Shown here: in pieces, positions 1 through 7,256 of the stretch
Position numbering within the stretch: position 1 is the first letter of the stretch
Layout of the letters: every line of letters starts with the position of its first letter
Virus record (IMG/VR): IMGVR_UViG_3300032245_000701
Coordinates: 1-28,744 of that record
DNA: 28,744 nt
Direction: 5' to 3' (one strand)
Source: a virus
Lineage: Duplodnaviria; Caudoviricetes
Made by a program: the position numbers and the translations under genes
Notes under the pieces: model-generated
What the model saw: the letters and a program-made list of their open reading frames with translations, nothing else
Told to the model about the DNA's origin: nothing
The model's database searches: none

Positions 1-123
1 CAACTCGGCGAACTTTTCAATGTCTTGTTCTTTCTTTTTCATATGGCGTGTCTCCACTACCGGACCAATTTCTCTAGGCAATAGACCAGCCTCAACAGCA
101 AGTTGTTTAATTCGTTCGTTCAT
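1..123 (-). CDS. Partial paralog of the 'MNERI..KFAELIV.EC..HFGVEE' small-protein family (runs off the window edge)
   Basis: Manual translation from ATG at 123: MNERIKQLAVEAGLLPREIGPVVETRHMKKKEQDIEKFAEL. ATGA overlap with the stop of 120..344. Confidence 0.85.
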   Translation of the reverse strand, partial: MNERIKQLAVEAGLLPREIGPVVETRHMKKKEQDIEKFAEL

Positions 124-344
124 TCTTCAACTCCGAAATGTTCTTCAAATTGTTGAACAATATCCTGTGCCACATCATGACCAACCCAGTTGTTAGATAC
201 TATTCTAGACGGATGATATCGGCAAATATCAACACATTCCTTGACAATCAATTCGGCGAACTTAGCCAACACTTCTGGATCACAGTTCTGTTCATTGTAG
301 CCGATTCGAGCCTTCCACCAAAGTTCTTTAATTCGTTCGTTCAT
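120..344 (-). CDS. Small phage protein, MNERI/KFAELIV/HFGVEE family
   Basis: 74 aa with all three family motifs; ATGA-coupled on both sides. Confidence 0.85.
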   Translation of the reverse strand: MNERIKELWWKARIGYNEQNCDPEVLAKFAELIVKECVDICRYHPSRIVSNNWVGHDVAQDIVQQFEEHFGVEE

Positions 345-676
345 TCTTCAACTCCAAAATGTTCCAACAAATCTGATCCATCACAATAGGCCACACTGGC
401 ACCATTAGGATTGGCCAACTTGTCATCTAATGCTCGGGCACATTCCCTAACAATCAACTCGGCGAACTTTTCAAACCGAGCCATCTTTATTGCTTGAACA
501 TCCTCATGCTGCCAATTTACTTTGAACCCAGCCTGTTCGGCAAGGTCACGAATCCGTCCTTGAGCCAATGATTTGTTTCTTACCTTAACAAAGGCGTCAT
601 ATTGTTCCTGTGTACCTTCACTATATCCACCATCACCTGCGTGAATATCAGCACCTGCTTTAATTTGCTTGTTCAT
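341..676 (-). CDS. Small phage protein, KFAELIV/HFGVEE family with N-terminal extension
   Basis: 111 aa; RIRDLAEQAG..FEKFAELIVREC..HFGVEE. Confidence 0.85.
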   Translation of the reverse strand: MNKQIKAGADIHAGDGGYSEGTQEQYDAFVKVRNKSLAQGRIRDLAEQAGFKVNWQHEDVQAIKMARFEKFAELIVRECARALDDKLANPNGASVAYCDGSDLLEHFGVEE

Positions 677-933
677 TCTTCAACTCCAAAGTGTTGTTTA
701 ATCGCACGAGAACAATAATAAGTTCCATCATCAAAACTTTTATCTCCCCAATCATCAATATCTAAATCATCACAAACTTTAGCACATTCTTTGATAATCA
801 ACTCGGCAAACTTTTCCAAGTCTACAGAATGAAGTGTTACTGCATTTTCTGGTCGCTTCTCACCACGATAGTAAGCATAACTCAATTCGTTAGCATTAGC
901 CTGTTCGGCAAGTTCTTTAATTCGTTCGTTCAT
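673..933 (-). CDS. Small phage protein, MNERI/KFAELII/HFGVEE family
   Basis: 86 aa; SD AAGGAG supplied by the 3' end of the upstream gene. Confidence 0.85.
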   Translation of the reverse strand: MNERIKELAEQANANELSYAYYRGEKRPENAVTLHSVDLEKFAELIIKECAKVCDDLDIDDWGDKSFDDGTYYCSRAIKQHFGVEE

Positions 934-936
934 GTC

Positions 937-1263
937 TTACTCCTTAATGCCGTGGGCGGCTTCGATGGCGGCTTTTGCATCGTCTTTGTGTTCGCCTGCG
1001 TAGTATTTCCACACATCATCAAAATCAAGACCACATGAGTCGGCGTGGCGTTTTGCCAATGCTTTTCCACCAGCGACAATCATCTCATCCGTCAGCGGCT
1101 TGCGCTGTGGTGGGGTGGTGTAATAACGCTTGAGCATCCATTCCATAACATCACGCGATACAAACTGTCGTGTGTTTTCGTATATTTCTTGCTCAAGGTC
1201 GTCTAATGTCGCCACAGGCTCCTGCTCTACCGGCTCAAAAAACCCTTCATTGTTTACATCCAT
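937..1263 (-). CDS. Small phage protein, 'EQEPVA..YTTPP.RKPLTDE..EAAHGIKE' family
   Basis: 108 aa; shares three motifs with 1267..1719. Confidence 0.85.
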   Translation of the reverse strand: MDVNNEGFFEPVEQEPVATLDDLEQEIYENTRQFVSRDVMEWMLKRYYTTPPQRKPLTDEMIVAGGKALAKRHADSCGLDFDDVWKYYAGEHKDDAKAAIEAAHGIKE

Positions 1264-1266
1264 GTC

Positions 1267-1719
1267 TTACTCCTTAATGCCGTGGGCGGCTTCGTAGTCT
1301 TCAAGCATCCCAAGCGCCGCCTTGATTGCCCAGTCTTCTGCAAACCAGTTTGTCACAAGGTTGCTCTTTTGCTCATCCGTCAGCGGCTTTCGCGGTGGTG
1401 GGGTGGTGTAGAGAGGTATTGTGAAAGTTGATTTATCAAATCCTTTGCCAAATGTCCACAATCGACCATCGGGGTGCATCCACGCCACAGGCTCCTGCTC
1501 TGGCTGTGCCTTTTGAATCTTGTGACCTTCTGACGCACAAAATCCTGTCAGTAAACAAGCACCTGTTCGAACCTTTGGTTGCTCTGGTTGTGCTAATGCT
1601 TCTTTGATGGCGTCAATGGCTTCTTGCTCTCGCTCCCATGCGCGGCTTCCACAATCGCTTTCAGTTGTGTTCAACGCCTCAAGCGCCAGTTCTAATGCTT
1701 TTCTTTCTTCGTTAGTCAT
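1267..1719 (-). CDS. Small phage protein, 'EQEPVA..YTTPP.RKPLTDE..EAAHGIKE' family
   Basis: 150 aa; ALELALEAL..AIKEALAQPEQ..EQEPVAW..PLYTTPP motifs; internal AQPEQ duplication. Confidence 0.85.
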   Translation of the reverse strand: MTNEERKALELALEALNTTESDCGSRAWEREQEAIDAIKEALAQPEQPKVRTGACLLTGFCASEGHKIQKAQPEQEPVAWMHPDGRLWTFGKGFDKSTFTIPLYTTPPPRKPLTDEQKSNLVTNWFAEDWAIKAALGMLEDYEAAHGIKE

Positions 1720-2051
1720 TCTTCAACTCCGAAATGTCTTTTAATCTGATAACGAATATCTTCTGGGTGTGCCATACTAAACTTAGAACCAACATCAGCA
1801 CATTCCCGCACAATTAACTCGGCGAACTTTTCAAACCATTCGTTCATCCATTTCTCTTTTTCGCCATTATTGAGTTCTACATGATATCGTCCCGCCCACT
1901 CTATTTTAGGACAGGCAGATTCTTTAAGTTTTTCAATTCGTTCGTTCATTTTAGATTTGAGTCGAGGAGCATATGGACCTTTACTACAAACATGAGCCGC
2001 ATCAAAGTCTGGGTAAGTGTCCGCGCAATGTGGGCAAGTAATTTGTTTCAT
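1716..2051 (-). CDS. KFAELIV/HFGVEE family protein with N-terminal CxxC..HxC module
   Basis: 111 aa; CPHC..HVC segment fused ahead of an internal MNERIEKL core. Confidence 0.85.
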   Translation of the reverse strand: MKQITCPHCADTYPDFDAAHVCSKGPYAPRLKSKMNERIEKLKESACPKIEWAGRYHVELNNGEKEKWMNEWFEKFAELIVRECADVGSKFSMAHPEDIRYQIKRHFGVEE

Positions 2052-2275
2052 TCTTCAACTCCGAAATGTGTTTTGATAAATTCGTGCAATTCTAAATTGC
2101 CTGTAAAATCGTATTGATGATGATGGAAAGATTCTGCCATGTTAGCACATTCCCGCACAATCAACTCGGCGAACTTTTCTACATCAAAGTTGTGATTGTG
2201 CATGAACCGTTTTGGTTCGTACACCTGATTCCATGCACCCGATTCAAGTGCAAGTTTTTCAATTTGTTTGTTCAT
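2048..2275 (-). CDS. Small phage protein, KFAELIV/HFGVEE family (first gene of the array)
   Basis: 75 aa; MNKQIEKLALESG..EKFAELIVREC..HFGVEE. Confidence 0.85.
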   Translation of the reverse strand: MNKQIEKLALESGAWNQVYEPKRFMHNHNFDVEKFAELIVRECANMAESFHHHQYDFTGNLELHEFIKTHFGVEE

Positions 2276-2276
2276 T

Positions 2277-2456
2277 TTAGAGTCCTTTGATAAAGTCTAT
2301 CACTGTTCGGGCCTGTGTCAAGTCCATGTTGCTGTCATCCACTTCTTTGACCACAGGGCGGAACACATAGTGTGGATTCTTGATGGCATAAGGACTGGTG
2401 TTGTTGGTGGGCACAACATTGAATCGATCATAGCTCATCTGGCGTTTCTTGTTCAT
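2277..2456 (-). CDS. Hypothetical protein, 59 aa (absent from the ORF track)
   Basis: ATG at 2456 after AAGGAG; MNKKRQMSYDRFNVVPTNNTSPYAIKNPHYVFRPVVKEVDDSNMDLTQARTVIDFIKGL*; fills the gap between its neighbours. Confidence 0.75.
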   Translation of the reverse strand: MNKKRQMSYDRFNVVPTNNTSPYAIKNPHYVFRPVVKEVDDSNMDLTQARTVIDFIKGL

Positions 2457-2465
2457 ACTTGCTCC

Positions 2466-2846
2466 TTAGGTGATTAAAATATGTTTCTGGTTGGCTCGGT
2501 CGCTGTACAGTTGAGTACCACGCTTGCGGATCATGTCGGCCGCTGTCTGCGGTGTGGACTCAAACAGGTCACGCAAATCTTCTGCTGTGACTGTGCTGTC
2601 TGAAGTTACTGTATAAATTTCATAGTGTCGTTGTGGGTTGGCCCGGGCTCGCATGATCATCATACCGACTATTTGATTGACTTTTACCAAGTGTTCGTTG
2701 CGTGGCACCGTGTCTGGATCGCGAATTATGTCAAACAGTTTTTCTTGTTCAAATGTTTCCGACTGATCACGGTCTTCGGTGATGTCAATGCAGGCTTCAA
2801 GTCCGGTGTTGTCCCAACTCACAATGAAAAGATTTTGTTTCTTCAT
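2466..2846 (-). CDS. Hypothetical phage protein (probable true start MKKQ at 2846)
   Basis: The track's 'MYNST' extension reads through the -10 box of a promoter; the ATG at 2846 lies 6 nt after the -10. Confidence 0.8.
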   Translation of the reverse strand: MKKQNLFIVSWDNTGLEACIDITEDRDQSETFEQEKLFDIIRDPDTVPRNEHLVKVNQIVGMMIMRARANPQRHYEIYTVTSDSTVTAEDLRDLFESTPQTAADMIRKRGTQLYSDRANQKHILIT

Positions 2847-2852
2847 AGTGCT

Positions 2853-2881
2853 ATTGTACAATCAATACCATTATTAGTCAA
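2853..2881 (-). promoter_or_regulatory. Sigma70-type promoter TTGACT-17bp-TACAAT
   Basis: -35 at 2876-2881, -10 at 2853-2858, 17-bp spacer; ATG 6 nt downstream with no SD. Confidence 0.75.
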
Positions 2882-3272
2882 TTGCTCTGCGGAAAATGAT
2901 TTCCTGTCGTGCAAAGGCTTCTTGTTCCCAAGGTTGATCCAAATACGGAGTGCGTCTTGAGTAAAACTTGCCACGCCATTTTTTACCTTGTGGTGTTATC
3001 TTTAATATACCTTTGGCCAATTGGCGCACATGGACCAATTCGTGTGCCAGTGTTACACCCAATTCTATAAGATTGCGTCGGGGTTTTAACACAACCAACA
3101 CGGTATCTATACCTGTCATTGGCACGGTGGTGCCGTGATCTGTTAACTCGCGATCTACTTTGATCATTAAAAGTCGACGACTACTGTTCAACCCCAATTG
3201 AGTCAGCATACTGGGCAGTACCGCTTCAATGAAGCGTCGAGTCTTGGGACCTGCTTCAACATGGAATTGCAT
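2874..3272 (-). CDS. Zincin-like metallopeptidase (HExxH)
   Basis: TLAHELVHVRQ plus downstream PWEQEA (third-ligand Glu region). Confidence 0.75.
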   Translation of the reverse strand: MQFHVEAGPKTRRFIEAVLPSMLTQLGLNSSRRLLMIKVDRELTDHGTTVPMTGIDTVLVVLKPRRNLIELGVTLAHELVHVRQLAKGILKITPQGKKWRGKFYSRRTPYLDQPWEQEAFARQEIIFRRAID

Positions 3273-3282
3273 TTTGTGTTCC

Positions 3283-3609
3283 TTAGTGGCTGTTCAGTGC
3301 GGGATTAAATTCTGCAATCAACGCACGTTCACGAGCATGAGCAGGCTTGCGTCCACGCACAAATTCTACGATGCCGTAAGTGTGTGCAAGTGTGCCGTGT
3401 TCGCGAATTGACCGGCACAGGTTCCAATCTTTGTTTTCGGTAACTGCACGGCGTACATGTTTTTGGACACGCACTCGGAGTGCTTTGCGAACTTGCTGAC
3501 CGCAAACTGTAATACCAATATACTGCTCACCTGTTACTGTATTAGTGATACAGTAAACAACATGTTTGGTATCTTGGCGTCTTTTTCGGGGTTGCTTTTT
3601 AAGTTCCAT
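3283..3609 (-). CDS. GIY-YIG nuclease-family protein (probable start MELKK at 3609)
   Basis: VVYCITNTVTGEQYIGIT (VY..YIG), R..RVQKH, ERALI..FNPALN; single catalytic domain. Confidence 0.8.
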   Translation of the reverse strand: MELKKQPRKRRQDTKHVVYCITNTVTGEQYIGITVCGQQVRKALRVRVQKHVRRAVTENKDWNLCRSIREHGTLAHTYGIVEFVRGRKPAHARERALIAEFNPALNSH

Positions 3610-3615
3610 ACAAGT

Positions 3616-3644
3616 ATTATACAAAAGATGCCTTTTTTGGGCAA
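3616..3644 (-). promoter_or_regulatory. Sigma70-type promoter TTGCCC-17bp-TATAAT
   Basis: -35 at 3639-3644, -10 at 3616-3621; ATG 6 nt downstream with no SD. Confidence 0.7.
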
Positions 3645-3655
3645 ATCTCGGCCAT

Positions 3656-3684
3656 AAAAAAGTACTACTTTTGTAGTACTTTTT
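3656..3684. terminator. Inverted repeat, probable intrinsic terminator (possibly bidirectional)
   Basis: AAAAAGTACTAC-TTTT-GTAGTACTTTTT just downstream of the 3713..4378 stop. Confidence 0.65.
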
Positions 3685-3712
3685 GGAACTTAAAAAGTAG
3701 TACTTTTGTGTA

Positions 3713-4378
3713 CTATTTGAACTTGTATTTTTCAGCCATCAATTCATATAATTCTCGATTTGAGAATCCAACGGTTAGTGCAAGTCGTTTATTTCTCACA
3801 TTATGGACACTATGAATCACATTGGTTTCCAACATATACCAGTGCCCTTTTTCAAGTACTGCACTATCTAACAGAGTCAGGCCAGCCAGGTCCATTTTGT
3901 GTATTGCAATGTGTTTTTCGTTTGCTATATCATCAATCTCTTTGGAACCTTGGGGATTGTTAAACACCGCCACTTCTCTATAAATTGTGTGCCCATCTTC
4001 TTGCCACCAGGCAGTGCGTACATCAGCACCACCAGTTTCAAACATGTATTGCAATACCTGCTGTCCTCTACGACCATCAGTGTGTGCAGGTAGTTGGCAC
4101 GTTCTACCATTGGATAAATTGCTGTTCATTTGCATGGTGAGACCAATTTCTCTTGAGTGGCCTTTTAATTCTGGGAATGTATCAAATACCCAATCCTGCA
4201 CAGGAGTTTTTACTTCGTACCTGCTGTACGATCCAACGTTTTGAACAGTCCCATCTAGTTGAGTTATGCCAATGGTGGCATTGGTGGGCATCATTCTTTT
4301 AAAGAATACATGCTCGGTGGCCATATCGCTGTGGGCAAATGGTGGTGGTGGGGCTGACAGATGTGAATAGTACTTCAT
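3713..4378 (-). CDS. 2OG-Fe(II) dioxygenase-like (DSBH) protein
   Basis: LPAHTDG (HxD), VIHSVHN (distal His), KRLALTV (2OG-binding Arg). Confidence 0.7.
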   Translation of the reverse strand: MKYYSHLSAPPPPFAHSDMATEHVFFKRMMPTNATIGITQLDGTVQNVGSYSRYEVKTPVQDWVFDTFPELKGHSREIGLTMQMNSNLSNGRTCQLPAHTDGRRGQQVLQYMFETGGADVRTAWWQEDGHTIYREVAVFNNPQGSKEIDDIANEKHIAIHKMDLAGLTLLDSAVLEKGHWYMLETNVIHSVHNVRNKRLALTVGFSNRELYELMAEKYKFK

Positions 4379-4618
4379 TTAATGCAGGGTGGCATCATTG
4401 TCGATATCGTCAATGTCTCTGACTCCGAATATTTTCAATATTTTTTGCACATTTTTAGGTGCAGTAAAAGATCCAGTTTCGGGCAGTAACACGCTTTTTA
4501 ATTCCCCAGTTGGCCCAATGATAAAAGCGTAATCTTCGTCTTCCCAATTTACCTCATTGAGGAATTCGTCAATTTCCTCTTCTGTCTCTCTTGTAACCTT
4601 GGACATGTTGTCCTCCAT
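4379..4618 (-). CDS. Small acidic hypothetical protein
   Basis: 79 aa, D/E-rich; TAAATA motif at 4628-4633 upstream. Confidence 0.75.
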   Translation of the reverse strand: MEDNMSKVTRETEEEIDEFLNEVNWEDEDYAFIIGPTGELKSVLLPETGSFTAPKNVQKILKIFGVRDIDDIDNDATLH

Positions 4619-4630
4619 TGTTATTATTAT

Positions 4631-4963
4631 TTACTTAAAAAGTATCATAGCCATTATGGTTGCTTGGGCAATAAACCCAATTCCAATTGTGACAATATTC
4701 AACGTATCTTTAAGAATTACTGCACGACCAAACAGCAGTACAAGTCCGGCCCACATAAACAACACAACATCCAAACTTGGAGTTCGATCGCTTAGGCCGG
4801 TTAATAGTGCCAGCAGTGAAGGTACCGTGGCACAATGTATTACTATTGCGGCCAACCAACCCAAGGTGTCTGCTGAGATTTTACCAAGGTGATCTTCAAA
4901 AAATTTAACAATATTAAATTTAACCTTGGCCAGAGTAAAGAGATTTATATCAGGTAATTTCAC
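4631..4963 (-). CDS. Three-TM membrane protein (PQ-loop/SemiSWEET-like pattern; holin candidate)
   Basis: Three hydrophobic segments; LGWLAA..TVPSLL..SL..WAGLVL pattern; directly downstream of the cell wall hydrolase. Confidence 0.6.
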   Translation of the reverse strand: MKLPDINLFTLAKVKFNIVKFFEDHLGKISADTLGWLAAIVIHCATVPSLLALLTGLSDRTPSLDVVLFMWAGLVLLFGRAVILKDTLNIVTIGIGFIAQATIMAMILFK

Positions 4964-4966
4964 TGA

Positions 4967-5542
4967 TTAGTCCTTGTAAAAGATGTGACGGCCAATTTGG
5001 CTGATTTTCTTTTTGCCCCAATTGGGATTAACATAATCCCCATGGAAGTAAAGTGCATCACGCATTGTACTAAGTCTAAAGTTTTCTAGCAAGACTTTCT
5101 TTGCCACTTCTTCACTTTCTTTATAAAGTGCAGGATATATGGGTCGGATTTTGTGTGTGGGTTCGCAAGCCCAACTAAACTGGCAAATAATCTTGCCAAA
5201 GTAATTGTTCTTTTGATATACCACTCCGCATACGCCTTCACCAAAACGGCCCGATGCAACTCGATTCATGGTGACTTGGGCCACAGCAACTTTGCCTTCA
5301 AAAGGCTCACTTGCGGCTTCCCAGTAGATGTTCTTGGTCAAACAATCCAACTGCCGAGTACGATCTGCTGTACTGACAAAACCTTGACGGTAAGCTTCTG
5401 AGCCTTCCCTTAGGTTTTCGAATTTAATATTGACTGCGTGTACTAGCACCGCGGCAATCAAACATAAACCCAACAATTTCAACAGCATTGTAGTAAATGC
5501 CGCTAAAAGGTCTTGGTTGATACGAGACATGAGTGTCATCAT
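4967..5542 (-). CDS. SleB/Hydrolase_2-family cell wall hydrolase with N-terminal membrane anchor
   Basis: CLTKNIYWEAASE (catalytic Glu), AVAQVTMNRV, CGVVYQ, CQFSW, ALYFH..YVNPNW, IGRHIFY; SD AAGGAGGT at 5548-5555. Confidence 0.9.
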   Translation of the reverse strand: MMTLMSRINQDLLAAFTTMLLKLLGLCLIAAVLVHAVNIKFENLREGSEAYRQGFVSTADRTRQLDCLTKNIYWEAASEPFEGKVAVAQVTMNRVASGRFGEGVCGVVYQKNNYFGKIICQFSWACEPTHKIRPIYPALYKESEEVAKKVLLENFRLSTMRDALYFHGDYVNPNWGKKKISQIGRHIFYKD

Positions 5543-5628
5543 ATTTTACCTCCTTCTATAGGTGTGTAGTTTTATATAACCCATTGGGTCGTGCGGTAAA
5601 CGACTAATATAACCCAATAACTGAGTAT

Positions 5629-5657
5629 ATTATAGCATATTTGTCGTGGAAAATCAA
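5629..5657 (-). promoter_or_regulatory. Sigma70 promoter with extended -10 (TTGATT-17bp-TATAAT, TGn)
   Basis: -35 at 5652-5657, TGCTATAAT at 5629-5637, upstream of the SleB-like gene. Confidence 0.75.
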
Positions 5658-5674
5658 GTAATATGGGTAGTTAA

Positions 5675-7255
5675 TCAAGGCTCAGGCCGCCCGGCTGCAC
5701 CAAATATATAACTATCTTCTCTCATTCGAGCTTGAGATTCAATTGCTCTTTGACGTTGCCATTGCAAATTTCTACCCTCAACAAGTGATGCCTTGACTGC
5801 ATCACCGCCCACATTACTTTGCAGACAGTTATTGAAAAGAGCGTTGTACCCAAGCTGGTAAGTGTCCACGCCATAATTGTGTAGACTGTTAACTAAACCC
5901 AAAGTACTGTTTACACCTGTTGGCGAAGTGGCATCCAAGTTGGCATCGGCCAATAGCAGATTGCTCAATTCAAGTGCCAGATGTGTTTGCACAGCTTTGA
6001 TGGCTGTGTTGGCCGATGTGATGGTTGTGGACAATGCAACATTGGCATTGCATTCTGCTGTAAATGTGTTTGCCGCAGTCCACGTGGTTGCAATATTACT
6101 GTTGATAAATGCAATATTGCCTGTGCCACAAGCGGTTGCCAAATTTATCAATGCTGTGTTTAGTGCAGTTGCTGAAGAATATGTTAGCGTTGTGGTCAGC
6201 GCAGATGACACAGTGGTTAAATTATCAGTGACGCCAACTCCTGCCACAGTGCCCAACATATCTGTAATTAGTGGATTGTACACCGGTCCATTACCTTGGC
6301 CCAATTTAACTGTTAATCTATTGTATTCAACGTCGGGAATAATAGTTGTATATGATTCAAGGTACGGTAGGTCAGGAACTTCCATGCTTCCAATTAGATC
6401 CGACAAGTCGGCAAAACTCCGAAAACGCCCGCCCAAGTTTAACAATTCGTTTGATAGTCCTTCTAGAGTACCATTGGGAACCACAGCCACAGCCTCTGCG
6501 GGAAATATCATATCCAGTTCCAACAACTGCGACAAGTTGGTAACAGCAAGAGGTTCAGGCAACACAATTTTGGTTTGGCTTATGACGGCCTGCAAGGCTG
6601 CACCAGATACTTGGCTAAGTGCATTTAGCAAATAGTCTTCGTTATCTGCGGTGACAAAAGTCTTAGGTAGCAGGCCTTGTCTTTGCAAATTGGCTATAAA
6701 CACAGTTGGATCGTGCATTTTCCCTGGCTGTGCCGCATCAAATGCTGTTCCCAGATTTTTTAACGCAGATGCCAACACATTGATATCTGACTGACTGCCA
6801 AATATAGTACTAAATCCATTTGTCACTGAACTAGTGTAGTCGGTTACGCTGATACCCAAGTTGGCAAATTCTTTACTGTAAAAGTTTTCCAACTCGTTGT
6901 TCATCTTCCAGCTGGTGGTTGCAAATGAACTGGCCGCTGATAACAAACTAGCGAACTTGGCTATGTCGTAAGTGCCATCACCGTTACTGGGCAACATTTT
7001 GTTGCACTGAGTTTGTGCGCTGACAATTGTGGTATTTGCATTGGCGATAAACTCGGGTAGGTGTAAGTCAACAACGTTGAAGCCTCGTCCAGCAAGCGTT
7101 GTACCATATGTTGTTCCCGGTTGTAGGTTGGCATAGTTACTCACTAGACTGTTACTGATCACAGTGGACATGGTTGTAGTCATAGTGGCATTGGGTTGCA
7201 ATCCAATATTGCTAGTTAGGTTACTAGCGGCAATCATTATCACAGGAGTTGTCAT
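5675..7255 (-). CDS. Hypothetical 526-aa protein, probably virion structural
   Basis: Long ORF rich in A/T/N/S/L; follows the PAAR-like gene. Function inferred from context only. Confidence 0.6.
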   Translation of the reverse strand: MTTPVIMIAASNLTSNIGLQPNATMTTTMSTVISNSLVSNYANLQPGTTYGTTLAGRGFNVVDLHLPEFIANANTTIVSAQTQCNKMLPSNGDGTYDIAKFASLLSAASSFATTSWKMNNELENFYSKEFANLGISVTDYTSSVTNGFSTIFGSQSDINVLASALKNLGTAFDAAQPGKMHDPTVFIANLQRQGLLPKTFVTADNEDYLLNALSQVSGAALQAVISQTKIVLPEPLAVTNLSQLLELDMIFPAEAVAVVPNGTLEGLSNELLNLGGRFRSFADLSDLIGSMEVPDLPYLESYTTIIPDVEYNRLTVKLGQGNGPVYNPLITDMLGTVAGVGVTDNLTTVSSALTTTLTYSSATALNTALINLATACGTGNIAFINSNIATTWTAANTFTAECNANVALSTTITSANTAIKAVQTHLALELSNLLLADANLDATSPTGVNSTLGLVNSLHNYGVDTYQLGYNALFNNCLQSNVGGDAVKASLVEGRNLQWQRQRAIESQARMREDSYIFGAAGRPEP

Positions 7256-7256
7256 A

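Larger units (their letters stand above)
1..2275 (-). repeat. Dispersed conserved DNA blocks in a tandem paralog array
   Basis: Block A (caatcaactcggcgaactt-like) near 1, 245, 451, 795, 1811, 2158. Block B (tcattcttcaactccraa) at 120, 341, 673, 1716, 2048. Exact 34-bp repeat catgtcttactccttaatgccgtgggcggcttcg at 931-964 and 1261-1294. Further shared blocks near 1085/1373 and 1210/1484. Confidence 0.9.

Noticed and set aside
1-2275. CRISPR array or integron interpretation of the repeats
   Set aside because: The repeats lie in frame within coding sequence, are separated by about 100-1000 bp of variable length, and show no attC-like palindromes. No cas or integrase gene is visible.
5560-5620. 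preQ1-I riboswitch (ATAAAACTA tail resemblance)
   Set aside because: The P1/loop consensus could not be matched and the downstream gene is unrelated to queuosine; retained only as an unassigned structured leader.
5877-6635. 252-aa plus-strand ORF (also 24775..25335, 22338..22859, 26891..27382 and other + ORFs)
   Set aside because: Antisense shadows of minus-strand genes, with no recognisable motifs and no supporting expression signals noticed.
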